This document shows positions 47,560 through 56,625 of a DNA stretch of 64,000 nucleotides, in pieces (position 1 is the stretch's first letter; the number at the start of each line of letters is the position of its first letter). Under the pieces are notes generated by a model. The model was not told where the DNA came from and ran no database searches. It saw nothing but the letters and a program-made list of their open reading frames with translations. The stretch is from Deinococcales bacterium. Its GTDB lineage: Bacteria; Deinococcota; Deinococci; Deinococcales; JAAFIG01. The DNA lies in NCBI GenBank assembly GCA_031414595.1, contig JANNVX010000098.1, positions 128,001 through 192,000 of the forward strand, given 5' to 3'. The position numbers were made by a program, and so were the translations under genes.

Positions 47560-49497
47560 ATGAACGAAACAACCCCCGCGCCCGAACAAGAAATATCGCT
47601 ACGTGATGTCTACTTAATCCTCAAACGCAACGCCACAATTATTTTAATCACGCCGATTATTTTTGCTGTTCTGGCAGCGCTTTATGCTTTTTTTATTGCT
47701 GACCCTGTTTATAAATCAGAAGCCAATTTAACGATTCAGACCACGCCAGTCCAGTCCAAAATTGAAGATAAAATTGAAACCAGTGCCATAACGGTTTTTA
47801 CCTCTGATCAGATTGAAACTGTGGCGACCTCCCGACCCATTTTAGATAAGCTGATTGAACAGATTCGCACATCCAACAATGCCCCAACCAGTTGGCGTAT
47901 TGAGCGTTTTGATGCAGGTTCACTCGAGAAAAACCTGAAAATCAAATTTCCCAAACCCAATGCTCGTGGGACAACCGATGCTTCTTTGGTAACATTAGAA
48001 GTCAGTGCGCCAGACGCTAAACTGGCTGCCGAAGTCGCCAATGCGTGGGCGCGAGAAACCAATACAGCTCTGAATTTTTTGCCTCAAGAACGGGTTAAAG
48101 ATTCAATCAACACGCTGCAAGGCGAAATTGATCGTGCGGCTCGAGGGTTAAGCGATGTCGAAAAAAAGTATGAAGAATATGCTAATCGTTCTAACTTGGC
48201 ACTTGAACAAGCTGAATTGGGCAGCGCCACAGGTGAACGGGCTGGACTCGAGCCTTTGATTGCCCAAACCAAACAAAGTGTTTTGCAGACCGAAGCCGAA
48301 TTAGGACAACGCACTTCTGACTTAAAACTGGCGGCACAAACCCTAGGTGTCATCCCAGAAAATTCGGTTATTTTAGGGGTCACGACCAATGGACAAACCC
48401 TTTCACAAGTACGTCAAACCTTAGTCGATCAAGTAGGTGTTGCAAAAAATAGGATGCTGACCGCCAACGAAGCCTTGCGTCAATTTAACGCCACCAATGA
48501 CGCAGCTTTACTGCGTGGAAGAATTTCCCAAAATGAAGCTCGCTTGGTGGAAATTAACACTAAATTACAATCTTTTGATTCCACCCTTAAAACATTAAAT
48601 GCCCAATTGCAACAATCACGCCAAGAAATAAAAACTCAACCCCGCCTACTGACCCTTGAACGGGAATTACTTAGTGACCCAGCCATCAATGCGGCTATTC
48701 AGTCTCGAGACCCCAAATTAAACGACCTGATTGGCTTAAAATTACAGAACCAAGAAGTCAATCCAATCTATCAAAGTTTGCTTCAAGGAATCATTGGGCT
48801 TGAAGCCAGTATACGAACCCTGACAGCCGACCGTGAAGGCATTAAACCCGAATCAGTCAAACGTTTGGCTCAATTAAATGAAGATCGCAAGCGCCTTGCA
48901 TTACTCAATAAACAAGCCGAACCACTGACACTAGAAGTCCGAAATGCACAAACCTTTTATGAAGCAACCAATGCCCAAGTAAGCCGTCTCGAGGGGGTTG
49001 ATCCTAATTTGCTTTCACAAATTCGGGTTGAAAACACCAACCCTGAATACCAGCGCTTACGCACCTTGGTTAATGATTTAAGTTCAAACTTGCTGCGTTT
49101 CAAAGTGACTTTAACTGGTTATGAAACCCGAGCCAAAGAATTAAACTTGCGAATCGAGCAACTCAAAAGCCGTGTTGCTACGGCAACGCTTGAATCGGCG
49201 CGGATTGGACAACAACTCGAGTTGACCAGAGAACAATTTAAGACCTTAAGTCAAAAAATGGTTGACTTGAAAATCGAACAAGCCTCAAGTAAATCCTTGG
49301 CTCAGGTGCTTGTTCCAGCTTTTGCGCCAAGCCGTCCAGCCTCGAGCCGGGCGACGGTGGTCTTGCTGGCAATTGTGGCGGGCTTGCTGATTGGTCTGAT
49401 TATTCCCTTTATTCTCGAGGCGCTGCGTGACCCAAATGCGGTTGCACGGGTCACGCAACGCCGAAGTGCTGTGCCAGCTTTGGCGGCTGAGGATTAA
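47560..49497 (+). CDS. Wzz/GumC-like polysaccharide co-polymerase with long coiled coil
   Basis: EISL.D....L + TM + P.Y.S; A..A..ANAW; C-terminal PA.AP..P + TM. Confidence 0.75.
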   Translation: MNETTPAPEQEISLRDVYLILKRNATIILITPIIFAVLAALYAFFIADPVYKSEANLTIQTTPVQSKIEDKIETSAITVFTSDQIETVATSRPILDKLIEQIRTSNNAPTSWRIERFDAGSLEKNLKIKFPKPNARGTTDASLVTLEVSAPDAKLAAEVANAWARETNTALNFLPQERVKDSINTLQGEIDRAARGLSDVEKKYEEYANRSNLALEQAELGSATGERAGLEPLIAQTKQSVLQTEAELGQRTSDLKLAAQTLGVIPENSVILGVTTNGQTLSQVRQTLVDQVGVAKNRMLTANEALRQFNATNDAALLRGRISQNEARLVEINTKLQSFDSTLKTLNAQLQQSRQEIKTQPRLLTLERELLSDPAINAAIQSRDPKLNDLIGLKLQNQEVNPIYQSLLQGIIGLEASIRTLTADREGIKPESVKRLAQLNEDRKRLALLNKQAEPLTLEVRNAQTFYEATNAQVSRLEGVDPNLLSQIRVENTNPEYQRLRTLVNDLSSNLLRFKVTLTGYETRAKELNLRIEQLKSRVATATLESARIGQQLELTREQFKTLSQKMVDLKIEQASSKSLAQVLVPAFAPSRPASSRATVVLLAIVAGLLIGLIIPFILEALRDPNAVARVTQRRSAVPALAAED

Positions 49498-49498
49498 A

Positions 49499-50140
49499 TT
49501 GTTTGTTGCACAAGACCTTGGGGTTGTGCCGTATCAAAAGGCGTATGCTTTACAACTCGAGGCTCATGCTCGGGTGGCGGCTGGCGGAACACCAGAGCTT
49601 TTGTTACTCGAGCATCCAAGGGTGATTACCCATGGGCGTAAGGATTTGCTAGACACGAATTTATTGTTTCCGCTCGAGACCTTAGCGCGGCTTGGAATAG
49701 ATGTGGTGGCGACCGAACGCGGTGGCACAGCCACCTATCATGGGCTTGGGCAGTTGGTGGCGTACCCAATTTTTAGGGTTGGTCGCAAAGTCCGAGATTT
49801 TCTGCGGCGGCTCGAGAATGTGCAGATTTGGGTCTTGGCACAGTATGGGCTGCAAGCCCGTCCGAACCCCGGTTATGCGGGTGTTTATGTCGGAGACGAT
49901 AAAATCGGCAGTATTGGCGTGGCAATTAAGCAAAACGTGGCGATTCATGGTTTGGCACTGAATATCAATACCAATTTAGCCGATTTTGATTTGATTGTGC
50001 CGTGTGGTTTGCAGGATACCCAAATGACCAGTATGCAAAAACTCTTGGGTTATGAAATCCCGATGCTCGAGGTAAAAAAACAGCTTATTGAGGCGTTCAG
50101 GCTCGAGTTTACAAGTTTTAGAGAAGTTGAAACCGACTGA
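49499..50140 (+). CDS. lipB: Lipoyl(octanoyl) transferase LipB
   Basis: LLEHP.V.T.G, RGG..TYHG.GQLV.YP, KI.SIG, HGLALN, IVPCG; TTG start after GAGGA. Confidence 0.95.
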   Translation: MFVAQDLGVVPYQKAYALQLEAHARVAAGGTPELLLLEHPRVITHGRKDLLDTNLLFPLETLARLGIDVVATERGGTATYHGLGQLVAYPIFRVGRKVRDFLRRLENVQIWVLAQYGLQARPNPGYAGVYVGDDKIGSIGVAIKQNVAIHGLALNINTNLADFDLIVPCGLQDTQMTSMQKLLGYEIPMLEVKKQLIEAFRLEFTSFREVETD

Positions 50141-50208
50141 TTTTAGAGGTACTAATTTTTGACTCCAAAAAAAGCATAAAAACCTCGTGCTAGACGCATC
50201 AATTTTAC

Positions 50209-50253
50209 TTGACTCGAGCAGCTTTTTAGGGTATAATTCTGTGCTGAACGAAA
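50209..50253 (+). promoter_or_regulatory. gyrB sigma70 promoter with overlapping RDRM-like operator
   Basis: TTGACT-17-TATAAT; TTCTGTGCTGAACGAAA at 50237-50253. Confidence 0.75.
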
Positions 50254-50297
50254 TGCGTTAAGCCGATACACGAAAAATTCACGAAAAGAGGAAATCA

Positions 50298-52340
50298 ATG
50301 TCAGAAAATATCAATCCGCTTGAGAACAACGACGACTTTAAGAATTTGCAGCCAATCGAGGATATCGTTGAGAGCGCACCTTTAACGGAAGCCGAACGGC
50401 AAGAAGGGGCTGATAATTACACCGCCGATAACATCAAGGTCTTAAAAGGGCTTGATGGGGTTCGCAAACGCCCGGGCATGTACTTACAAGGTGGTACGGG
50501 CATAGACGGGTTTCATCAGTTGCTCTCAGAAATCATTGACAACGCCATAGACGAAGTTCAAGCCAAATTCGCCGATACCGTGACTGTCACGATTCACCAA
50601 GACGAATCGGTGACAATTACTGACAACGGACGTGGTTTCCCCGTGGATGCAATGGCTTCCGAAGGGGGTCGTCCAGCCGTCGAAGTGACCTTCACCGATT
50701 TACACGCGGGTGGTAAGTTCGACGATGGTGCATATAAGGTCTCGGGCGGTTTGCACGGGGTTGGTGCAAAAGTTGTTAATGCCTTATCGCTTTTTTTACG
50801 GGTGGATATTCGCAAAGGCAAGGATTTGTACCGTATTATGTTTGAAAGTGGTGTGCTGACCGAACCTCTGCATATTATTGGTACAAACGAGGCTGGACGC
50901 AACGGCTCGAGTGTCAGTTTCAAACCAGACCCTGTGGTTTTTAAGGACATTGTGCCGCATTGGGAGTATGCGCGGATTCGGCGTAGGTTACGCGAGTTGT
51001 CGTTCTTGGTCGGTGGCACGAAAATTATCCTAACCGATGAGCGCGACGGACACCACAAAACCGAGACTTTCTTTGAAAAAGGTGGCGTTGCTGCCTATGC
51101 CCGCAGTCTTGTTGGGGATGACAAAATTTTGTATGAACCAGCCGTGTTGCTCAGTGGTTCACACGACGAAATCAAAGTCGAAGTCGGCTTAATTCACAGC
51201 ACTGGCTATACCCCGAATTTACTTGCCTATGCCAACATGATTACCAACCGTGACCACGGTACACACATGACGGGGTTTCGTACTGCATACACTCGCATCC
51301 TGAATAAGTACCTGAAAGACAAAAATATCCTCAAACAAGGCGCAGTTGAACCAATTGGCGATGACTGGCTCGAGGGCTTAAATGTTGTGGTCAGCGTACA
51401 ACTTGGCGACCCACAATTTGAATCAAATGCCAAAGTTAAACTCCTTAATCCAGAAGCGCAAATGGCGGTTAGCCGCGTTGTTTCTGATAAATTATCAGAA
51501 TTTCTCGAGGCAAACCCAAAAGTCGGTAAAGTGATTGCCGAGAAAGCCGCCGATGCAGCCCGCGCTCGAGATGCGGCTCGTAAAGCCAAGGACTTGGTGC
51601 GCCGTCAGAACCCACTCGAGAACGATGACTTGCCGGGTAAATTATCCGATTGCCAAAGCTCTGACCCAGCCGAATCGGAGTTGCTGTTGGTCGAGGGCAA
51701 CTCGGCAGGTGGGACAGCCAAAGGCGCACGCGACAAGAAATTCCAAGCTGTACTGCCTCTGCGCGGTAAGGTGCTAAACGTCGAAAAAGCCCAGATTACG
51801 CAAATCCTCAAGAACACCGAAATCCGCAGTATGATTGCCGCGATTGGCGCAGGTGTCCAAGGCACTGGCGACAATGCCCATTTTGACCTTGCCAATGTGC
51901 GTTATCACCGCATTGTGATTATGACCGATGCCGACGTGGATGGTAGCCACATCAGTGTGCTTTTAATGACCTTCTTCTATAGGTTCTTGCGCCCCATCAT
52001 CGAAGCAGGGTACTTGTACATTGCCCAGCCACCCTTGTACAGATTATCGGTGGGACGCAAAGGCGAGTATATTTTCAACGAAGAGGCACTGAAAAAACGT
52101 TTGGAAGAACTGAATGACAAAACCAACATTTCAATCCAGCGCTACAAAGGGCTTGGGGAAATGAACGCCGAGCAACTCTGGGAAACCACGCTTGACCCAG
52201 CCACCCGCACCATGAAACTGGTCACAATCGTGGATGCACTCGAGGCGAACGAATGCTTTAAGGACTTAATGGGGCAAGAAGTCGCTCCACGCCGAGCCTT
52301 TATTGAAGAGAATGCAGTCTTTGCTAAAGTAGATATTTAA
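50298..52340 (+). CDS. gyrB: DNA gyrase subunit B
   Basis: [57 protein letters not shown]. Confidence 0.96.
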   Translation: MSENINPLENNDDFKNLQPIEDIVESAPLTEAERQEGADNYTADNIKVLKGLDGVRKRPGMYLQGGTGIDGFHQLLSEIIDNAIDEVQAKFADTVTVTIHQDESVTITDNGRGFPVDAMASEGGRPAVEVTFTDLHAGGKFDDGAYKVSGGLHGVGAKVVNALSLFLRVDIRKGKDLYRIMFESGVLTEPLHIIGTNEAGRNGSSVSFKPDPVVFKDIVPHWEYARIRRRLRELSFLVGGTKIILTDERDGHHKTETFFEKGGVAAYARSLVGDDKILYEPAVLLSGSHDEIKVEVGLIHSTGYTPNLLAYANMITNRDHGTHMTGFRTAYTRILNKYLKDKNILKQGAVEPIGDDWLEGLNVVVSVQLGDPQFESNAKVKLLNPEAQMAVSRVVSDKLSEFLEANPKVGKVIAEKAADAARARDAARKAKDLVRRQNPLENDDLPGKLSDCQSSDPAESELLLVEGNSAGGTAKGARDKKFQAVLPLRGKVLNVEKAQITQILKNTEIRSMIAAIGAGVQGTGDNAHFDLANVRYHRIVIMTDADVDGSHISVLLMTFFYRFLRPIIEAGYLYIAQPPLYRLSVGRKGEYIFNEEALKKRLEELNDKTNISIQRYKGLGEMNAEQLWETTLDPATRTMKLVTIVDALEANECFKDLMGQEVAPRRAFIEENAVFAKVDI

Positions 52341-52347
52341 GTCTAAT

Positions 52348-52380
52348 AAAAAGCGCACAGCCACAGGCTGTGCGCTTTTT
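52348..52380. terminator. Bidirectional intrinsic terminator
   Basis: AAAAAGCGCACAGCC-ACA-GGCTGTGCGCTTTTT. Confidence 0.9.
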
Positions 52381-52392
52381 CATGGCTCGAGC

Positions 52393-53154
52393 CTAAGCGG
52401 GTTTAGCATTGTCCTCAACAATCGGTTGGTGCAATTCGACTGGCTTAGCTTTGTTACGGGTACTGGCGCGGATGTTCAGGAATTCAACCATCACCGAAAA
52501 GCCCATCGCAAAGTAGACATAACCTTTGGGGATTTTGACTTCAAAGGCTTCGGCAATTAAGGTAAAACCAATTAAAAGTAAGAACGACAACGCCAGAATC
52601 TTGACACTTGGGTGCTTATTGACAAAACCAAAAATCCCAGCCGAAGCAAAGAGCATAATCCCCACCGAAACCAGTACCGCAATCACCATCACTGGAACAA
52701 TCGTGGTCATGCCAACCGCCGTAATTACACTGTCAATGCTAAACACCAAATCCAGAATCAGCACTTGCCCAATCACTGCCGCAAAAGTCGGAGCGACTCG
52801 GCTCGAGACTTCGCCATGTTCACCCTCGAGTTTGTCATGGATTTCTTTGGTGGCTTTGTAGATTAAGAAAATGCCGCCAGCCAGTAAAATCAGGTCTTTA
52901 CCAGAAATACCTTGACCAAAAACAGTGAATAAATCAGCTTTTAATTGCAGAATTAAAGAAATCGAAAATAAAAACAAAATTCGCATTCCACCAGCTACCA
53001 ATAAACCTGTTTGTCTGGCTTTAGCTTGCTGCTCGAGTGGCAATTTGCCTGCCAGAATACTAATAAAAATAACGTTGTCCACCCCTAGAACAATCTCGAG
53101 GGCAGTGAGGGTTAAAAGGGCAGTCCATGCGGCGGGGTCTTGAATCCATTCCAT
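52393..53154 (-). CDS. TerC family membrane protein
   Basis: LEIVLGVDN, D.VFSIDSVITAVG, IPKGY.YFAM.FS. Confidence 0.95.
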   Translation of the reverse strand: MEWIQDPAAWTALLTLTALEIVLGVDNVIFISILAGKLPLEQQAKARQTGLLVAGGMRILFLFSISLILQLKADLFTVFGQGISGKDLILLAGGIFLIYKATKEIHDKLEGEHGEVSSRVAPTFAAVIGQVLILDLVFSIDSVITAVGMTTIVPVMVIAVLVSVGIMLFASAGIFGFVNKHPSVKILALSFLLLIGFTLIAEAFEVKIPKGYVYFAMGFSVMVEFLNIRASTRNKAKPVELHQPIVEDNAKPA

Positions 53155-53239
53155 AAGTTAAGTATACACTGGGAGTTTGCGCCGAAAGCCATGGGGGCTA
53201 AATCACAATTGGCATCGTAAAGAATGAGATAATTTACCT

Positions 53240-54061
53240 ATGCAAATCAGTGTCATCACTCCAACACATAACCGAATGGCACTGCTCGAGAAGTTGCTGA
53301 ATTCACTCGAGCAGCAAACATATACCGATTTTGAAGTGGTGATTGCGGTGGATGGCAGCACCGACGGCACACTGACCTTACTTGAAGTGATCAAGCGCCG
53401 TGCCAAATTAAAACTCGAGGTGTTGGTACTGCCCCAAGGCGGTCAGGCTCGAGCCAGAAATGCCGCCATCAGAGCCGCCAATGGCAAAATTTTACTCTTT
53501 GCCGATGATGACCTGACTTTTGCACCAGATGTACTGGCGCGTCATGCAGCTTTTCATCAGGTCTTCAAGCAATCTATGGCGATTGGGGCGGTGCAGTATC
53601 CAAATGGGAAAATAGATTTTCCAAATAACCCGAGTTGGATCAATTTTACTGGCATGAATACCAGTTTGCCAAAAAATGTGGCGCTCGAGCAGCATAGTTT
53701 TGATGAGGGTTTATCTGGGTATGGTGGTGAGGATTTAGAATTTGCGCTTCGGCTCGAGAAATCTGGGCTTAAAATCAGGCGTTTGGCAGACACCCTTGCC
53801 TTTCATGCGGGTGAACAAATTCGCAACCCAAAAAAGGCATACTCGGCGGGTTATCAGGCGGTGAAAATCGCTCAGAAGTACGGCGACACGGTTGCTATGC
53901 AGCTTGGTGTTCATCCGAGTTTACTAGCTGCCAAACAGCTTTTACTGAATCCAATTGGTGATGTTCTCTTAAAGTCCGTATCCGATTATGCCTTTGAACG
54001 AGCTTACTTAAATGGCGCACGCGAGGCTTGGAAAGAAATCCATAATCAAAAATCAAGTTAA
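53240..54061 (+). CDS. Glycosyltransferase family 2
   Basis: ISVITPTHNR, VDGSTDGT, ARN, FADDD, FDE...GGEDLE. Confidence 0.9.
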   Translation: MQISVITPTHNRMALLEKLLNSLEQQTYTDFEVVIAVDGSTDGTLTLLEVIKRRAKLKLEVLVLPQGGQARARNAAIRAANGKILLFADDDLTFAPDVLARHAAFHQVFKQSMAIGAVQYPNGKIDFPNNPSWINFTGMNTSLPKNVALEQHSFDEGLSGYGGEDLEFALRLEKSGLKIRRLADTLAFHAGEQIRNPKKAYSAGYQAVKIAQKYGDTVAMQLGVHPSLLAAKQLLLNPIGDVLLKSVSDYAFERAYLNGAREAWKEIHNQKSS

Positions 54062-54070
54062 ACTTAGGGC

Positions 54071-55096
54071 ATGTCTGTTCCATTATTTACTCGAGCCATT
54101 TCCAATCAACCCCTTTGTTTAGAAGATGCCGAAGGCTTAATGGGTCTGATTATGGATGGTGAATTATCGGCGGTCAAAACCTCGGCGGTTCTGGCGGCGC
54201 TGCGGGTGCGAGGCGAAACTGTGGGAGAGGTGACGGGTTTTGCCAAAGCCATGCGCTCGAGGGCAGTACATGTTCCCGTAGCCAGTGGCACATTGGTAGA
54301 TACTTGCGGCACAGGTGGCACTGGCACAGCCAACTTTAATATTTCCACCGCCAGTGCTTTTGTGGTGGCGGCGGCGGGGGTGCGGGTGGCTAAACATGGC
54401 AACCGCACTGCTGGTAGACCATCGGGTAGCGCCGATGTTCTCGAGGCATTGGGAGTCAAACTCGAGCTTAGCCCTGAGCAAGTCGCCATGGCAATTGAAC
54501 AAATTGGGATTGGCTTTTTATTTGCCCGTTCGCATCATCCCGCGATGCGAAATACCGTGCCAGTCCGAGCCGAATTAGGCATTCGCACCGTATTTAACAT
54601 TTTGGGTCCACTGACCAATCCAGCCGGAGCAACCCATCAGTTGCTTGGGGTAGCCGATAAAAATATGGTCTTACTGATGGCAAATGTATTACAGCAACTT
54701 GGCATTACAGGGGCAATGGTGGTCTATGGTCAAGCCCCAGATGGCACACGCTACGATGATGTCTGTGTGGCTGGCACAACCCAGATTGCCGAAGTGCGAG
54801 GCTCGAGTATCCGTGAGTACACCATTTTGCCACAAGACTTAGGACTCGAGTTACACCCAAGCAGTGCTTTACTGGGCGGCGATGCCAGCACCAATGCAAC
54901 CATCGTTAAAGCTGTTCTGGGTGGAAACGGTACAACCGCCCAGCGCGATGCCGTCGCCGCCAATGCAGGAGCAGCCCTATACATTGCCGAGGCTGCCAGC
55001 AGTCTCGAGACAGGGGTCAGTTTGGCGTTAGAAATCCTAAAAAACGGTGCGGCACTCCAAAAACTCGAGGCATTGGCGGCTTTTTCACAACGATAA
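54071..55096 (+). CDS. trpD: Anthranilate phosphoribosyltransferase
   Basis: DTCGTGG, FNIST, VAKHGNR, HHPAM, RTVFNILGPL.NP. Confidence 0.96.
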   Translation: MSVPLFTRAISNQPLCLEDAEGLMGLIMDGELSAVKTSAVLAALRVRGETVGEVTGFAKAMRSRAVHVPVASGTLVDTCGTGGTGTANFNISTASAFVVAAAGVRVAKHGNRTAGRPSGSADVLEALGVKLELSPEQVAMAIEQIGIGFLFARSHHPAMRNTVPVRAELGIRTVFNILGPLTNPAGATHQLLGVADKNMVLLMANVLQQLGITGAMVVYGQAPDGTRYDDVCVAGTTQIAEVRGSSIREYTILPQDLGLELHPSSALLGGDASTNATIVKAVLGGNGTTAQRDAVAANAGAALYIAEAASSLETGVSLALEILKNGAALQKLEALAAFSQR

Positions 55097-55145
55097 GGCG
55101 AAAGTCGAAAGGAAAAGACCTTTTAACCCTCAAAGCTCATAGCTC

Positions 55146-55658
55146 TCAGGCTTTGACCAACAACCTGCGTCGAAACTCAAGGAATGCTTGGGCTGTCACT
55201 TCAACATCAGCTAAGGCGCGGTGGCGATTAGTGGCAACTATTCCCAATCGTGTACAAATCGCATCTAGGTTATGGCGTGATTCGTTTGGAAAGGCTTTTC
55301 TGGAAAGTTGCACCGTGCAAGTGGCTCGAACTGGGGCTTCTAAACCAAGTCGGGCGGCGTTGGCTTTGACAAAACCAATGTCAAAACTGGCATTGTGTGC
55401 CACAAGTTGCCTGCCTGCCACAAACTCGAGAAAACTCGGTAGTGCTTCTTCGATGCTTGGGGCGTGTTGCACCATGCGGTCGGTGATACCGTTGATTTTA
55501 GAAATATAAAAAGGAATGCGGCGCTTTGGTTGCACCAGTGTTTCAAAAGTTTCTGAGGTGATGATGTCATTTCGCACGACCAATGCACCAATCTCGAGAA
55601 TTGCATCTCGGTCTGGGCTTAACCCCGTGGTCTCGAGGTCAAAAATAACAAATTCCAC
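55146..55658 (-). CDS. DEDDh 3'-5' exonuclease (DnaQ/Pol III epsilon-like)
   Basis: FDLETTG, AHNASFD, HRALAD; GTG 55658 has TAATCT 7 nt upstream (leaderless). Confidence 0.92.
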   Translation of the reverse strand: MEFVIFDLETTGLSPDRDAILEIGALVVRNDIITSETFETLVQPKRRIPFYISKINGITDRMVQHAPSIEEALPSFLEFVAGRQLVAHNASFDIGFVKANAARLGLEAPVRATCTVQLSRKAFPNESRHNLDAICTRLGIVATNRHRALADVEVTAQAFLEFRRRLLVKA

Positions 55659-55683
55659 AGGGTTTAGATTAACACCCTTTGAC
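55592..55683. repeat. Direct repeat copy 1 (exonuclease -10 box + first ~22 codons)
   Basis: Matches 56526-56616 with 3 substitutions and a 1-nt indel. Confidence 0.95.
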
Positions 55684-55692
55684 TTGACGTAG

Positions 55693-55728
55693 TTGACAAG
55701 CATTTTTGAACTGTTTAGACTGTTCAAA
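55693..55728 (+). promoter_or_regulatory. TA operon promoter with palindromic operator
   Basis: TTGACA-17-TAGACT; TTTGAAC-N10-GTTCAAA straddles the -10. Confidence 0.8.
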
Positions 55729-55736
55729 CGATATTG

Positions 55737-56147
55737 ATGATTCGGACTAGCCCGCAAATTGTTTACCCTTGGCATCCAGAACGCTTGGATCATAAAAATC
55801 CTTTGATTATTGAGGATTTATTGGTCATGTCGCACAGCAAAAGAATCTGCGCCCAGAAATGCAAGCAGATGATTGGGGATTTATGCGTCAATGGTAAGGA
55901 AAGCCGTTACCGTAAACACCTCGGTGGTGTGTTATGGGAACTTAAAGACCGCACTTCAGATGGGGGAGCGCGAGTGTATTTCTTGCAAAATACACTCAAC
56001 CAATTCTTTGTTTATCATGCCGAATGCAAGAACGAAAACCAAGCCACACAAACACTTTTAAGCGATGGCTTAGCCATTAGAAACGCACTTGCCGCGAAAG
56101 TCCCGATTCAGCCCACTTGGTACGGCAAAAGAAAGAGGCAATCATGA
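55737..56147 (+). CDS. Putative type II toxin, RelE/HigB/Gp49-like
   Basis: KHLGGVLWELK...GGARVYF...H...K pattern; ATGA overlap with downstream HTH gene. Confidence 0.65.
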   Translation: MIRTSPQIVYPWHPERLDHKNPLIIEDLLVMSHSKRICAQKCKQMIGDLCVNGKESRYRKHLGGVLWELKDRTSDGGARVYFLQNTLNQFFVYHAECKNENQATQTLLSDGLAIRNALAAKVPIQPTWYGKRKRQS

Positions 56148-56518
56148 AAAACACCCTACTTGATGAAGTCCAAGCCATGCTTGGAACACCCCCTGTTGAT
56201 GTCGTTGTTGCCGAAGGCTCGAGTTTTGTGATTGAGGATTTTGCAACTTTTTCCAGTACCCTCGACCAACTAATTGCAGTTCAAACCGTTGGTGATGGAC
56301 TGCGCCAAGCCCGTAAACGACGCAAATTAACCAGCCGCCAATTAGCAAGCCAGCTTGACCTAAGCCAAACACGAATTATGGAAATGGAACGGGCAAACAC
56401 CGAACTTGAATTAAGAACGGTGGCTCGAGTCGCAGAAGGTCTTGGTTATCGCCTTAAACTCGAACTTATTCCCAATGATGCCAATGAACCAACCATCAGT
56501 GTGACCATGCCAATGTAA
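56144..56518 (+). CDS. XRE/HTH protein, putative HigA-like antitoxin
   Basis: LRQARKRRKLT..QLA..L..SQ.RI..ME......L.T..RVA..LG..L.L. Confidence 0.82.
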   Translation: MKNTLLDEVQAMLGTPPVDVVVAEGSSFVIEDFATFSSTLDQLIAVQTVGDGLRQARKRRKLTSRQLASQLDLSQTRIMEMERANTELELRTVARVAEGLGYRLKLELIPNDANEPTISVTMPM

Positions 56519-56525
56519 AAAGTAT

Positions 56526-56616
56526 TCTTGAGAATTGCATCTCGGTCGGGGCTTAACCCCGTGGTCTCGAGGTCAAAAATAACAGATTCCACAGGGTTTA
56601 GATTAACACCTTTGAC
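56526..56616 (-). repeat. Direct repeat copy 2: truncated 5' fragment of the exonuclease gene
   Basis: Encodes (M)ESVIFDLETTGLSPDRDAILK, then diverges. Confidence 0.93.
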
Positions 56617-56625
56617 CGATGAACC

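Noticed and set aside
50298-52340. Intein or parE assignment
   Set aside because: Length is normal with no splice motifs; sequence and promoter context fit gyrB
53154-53240. yybP-ykoY manganese riboswitch upstream of terC
   Set aside because: TATACT lies 6 nt before ATG (leaderless) and no aptamer motif is visible
55659-55793. N-terminal extension of the exonuclease ORF
   Set aside because: Overlaps the TA promoter and toxin gene; the leaderless -10 and duplicated segment point to GTG 55658
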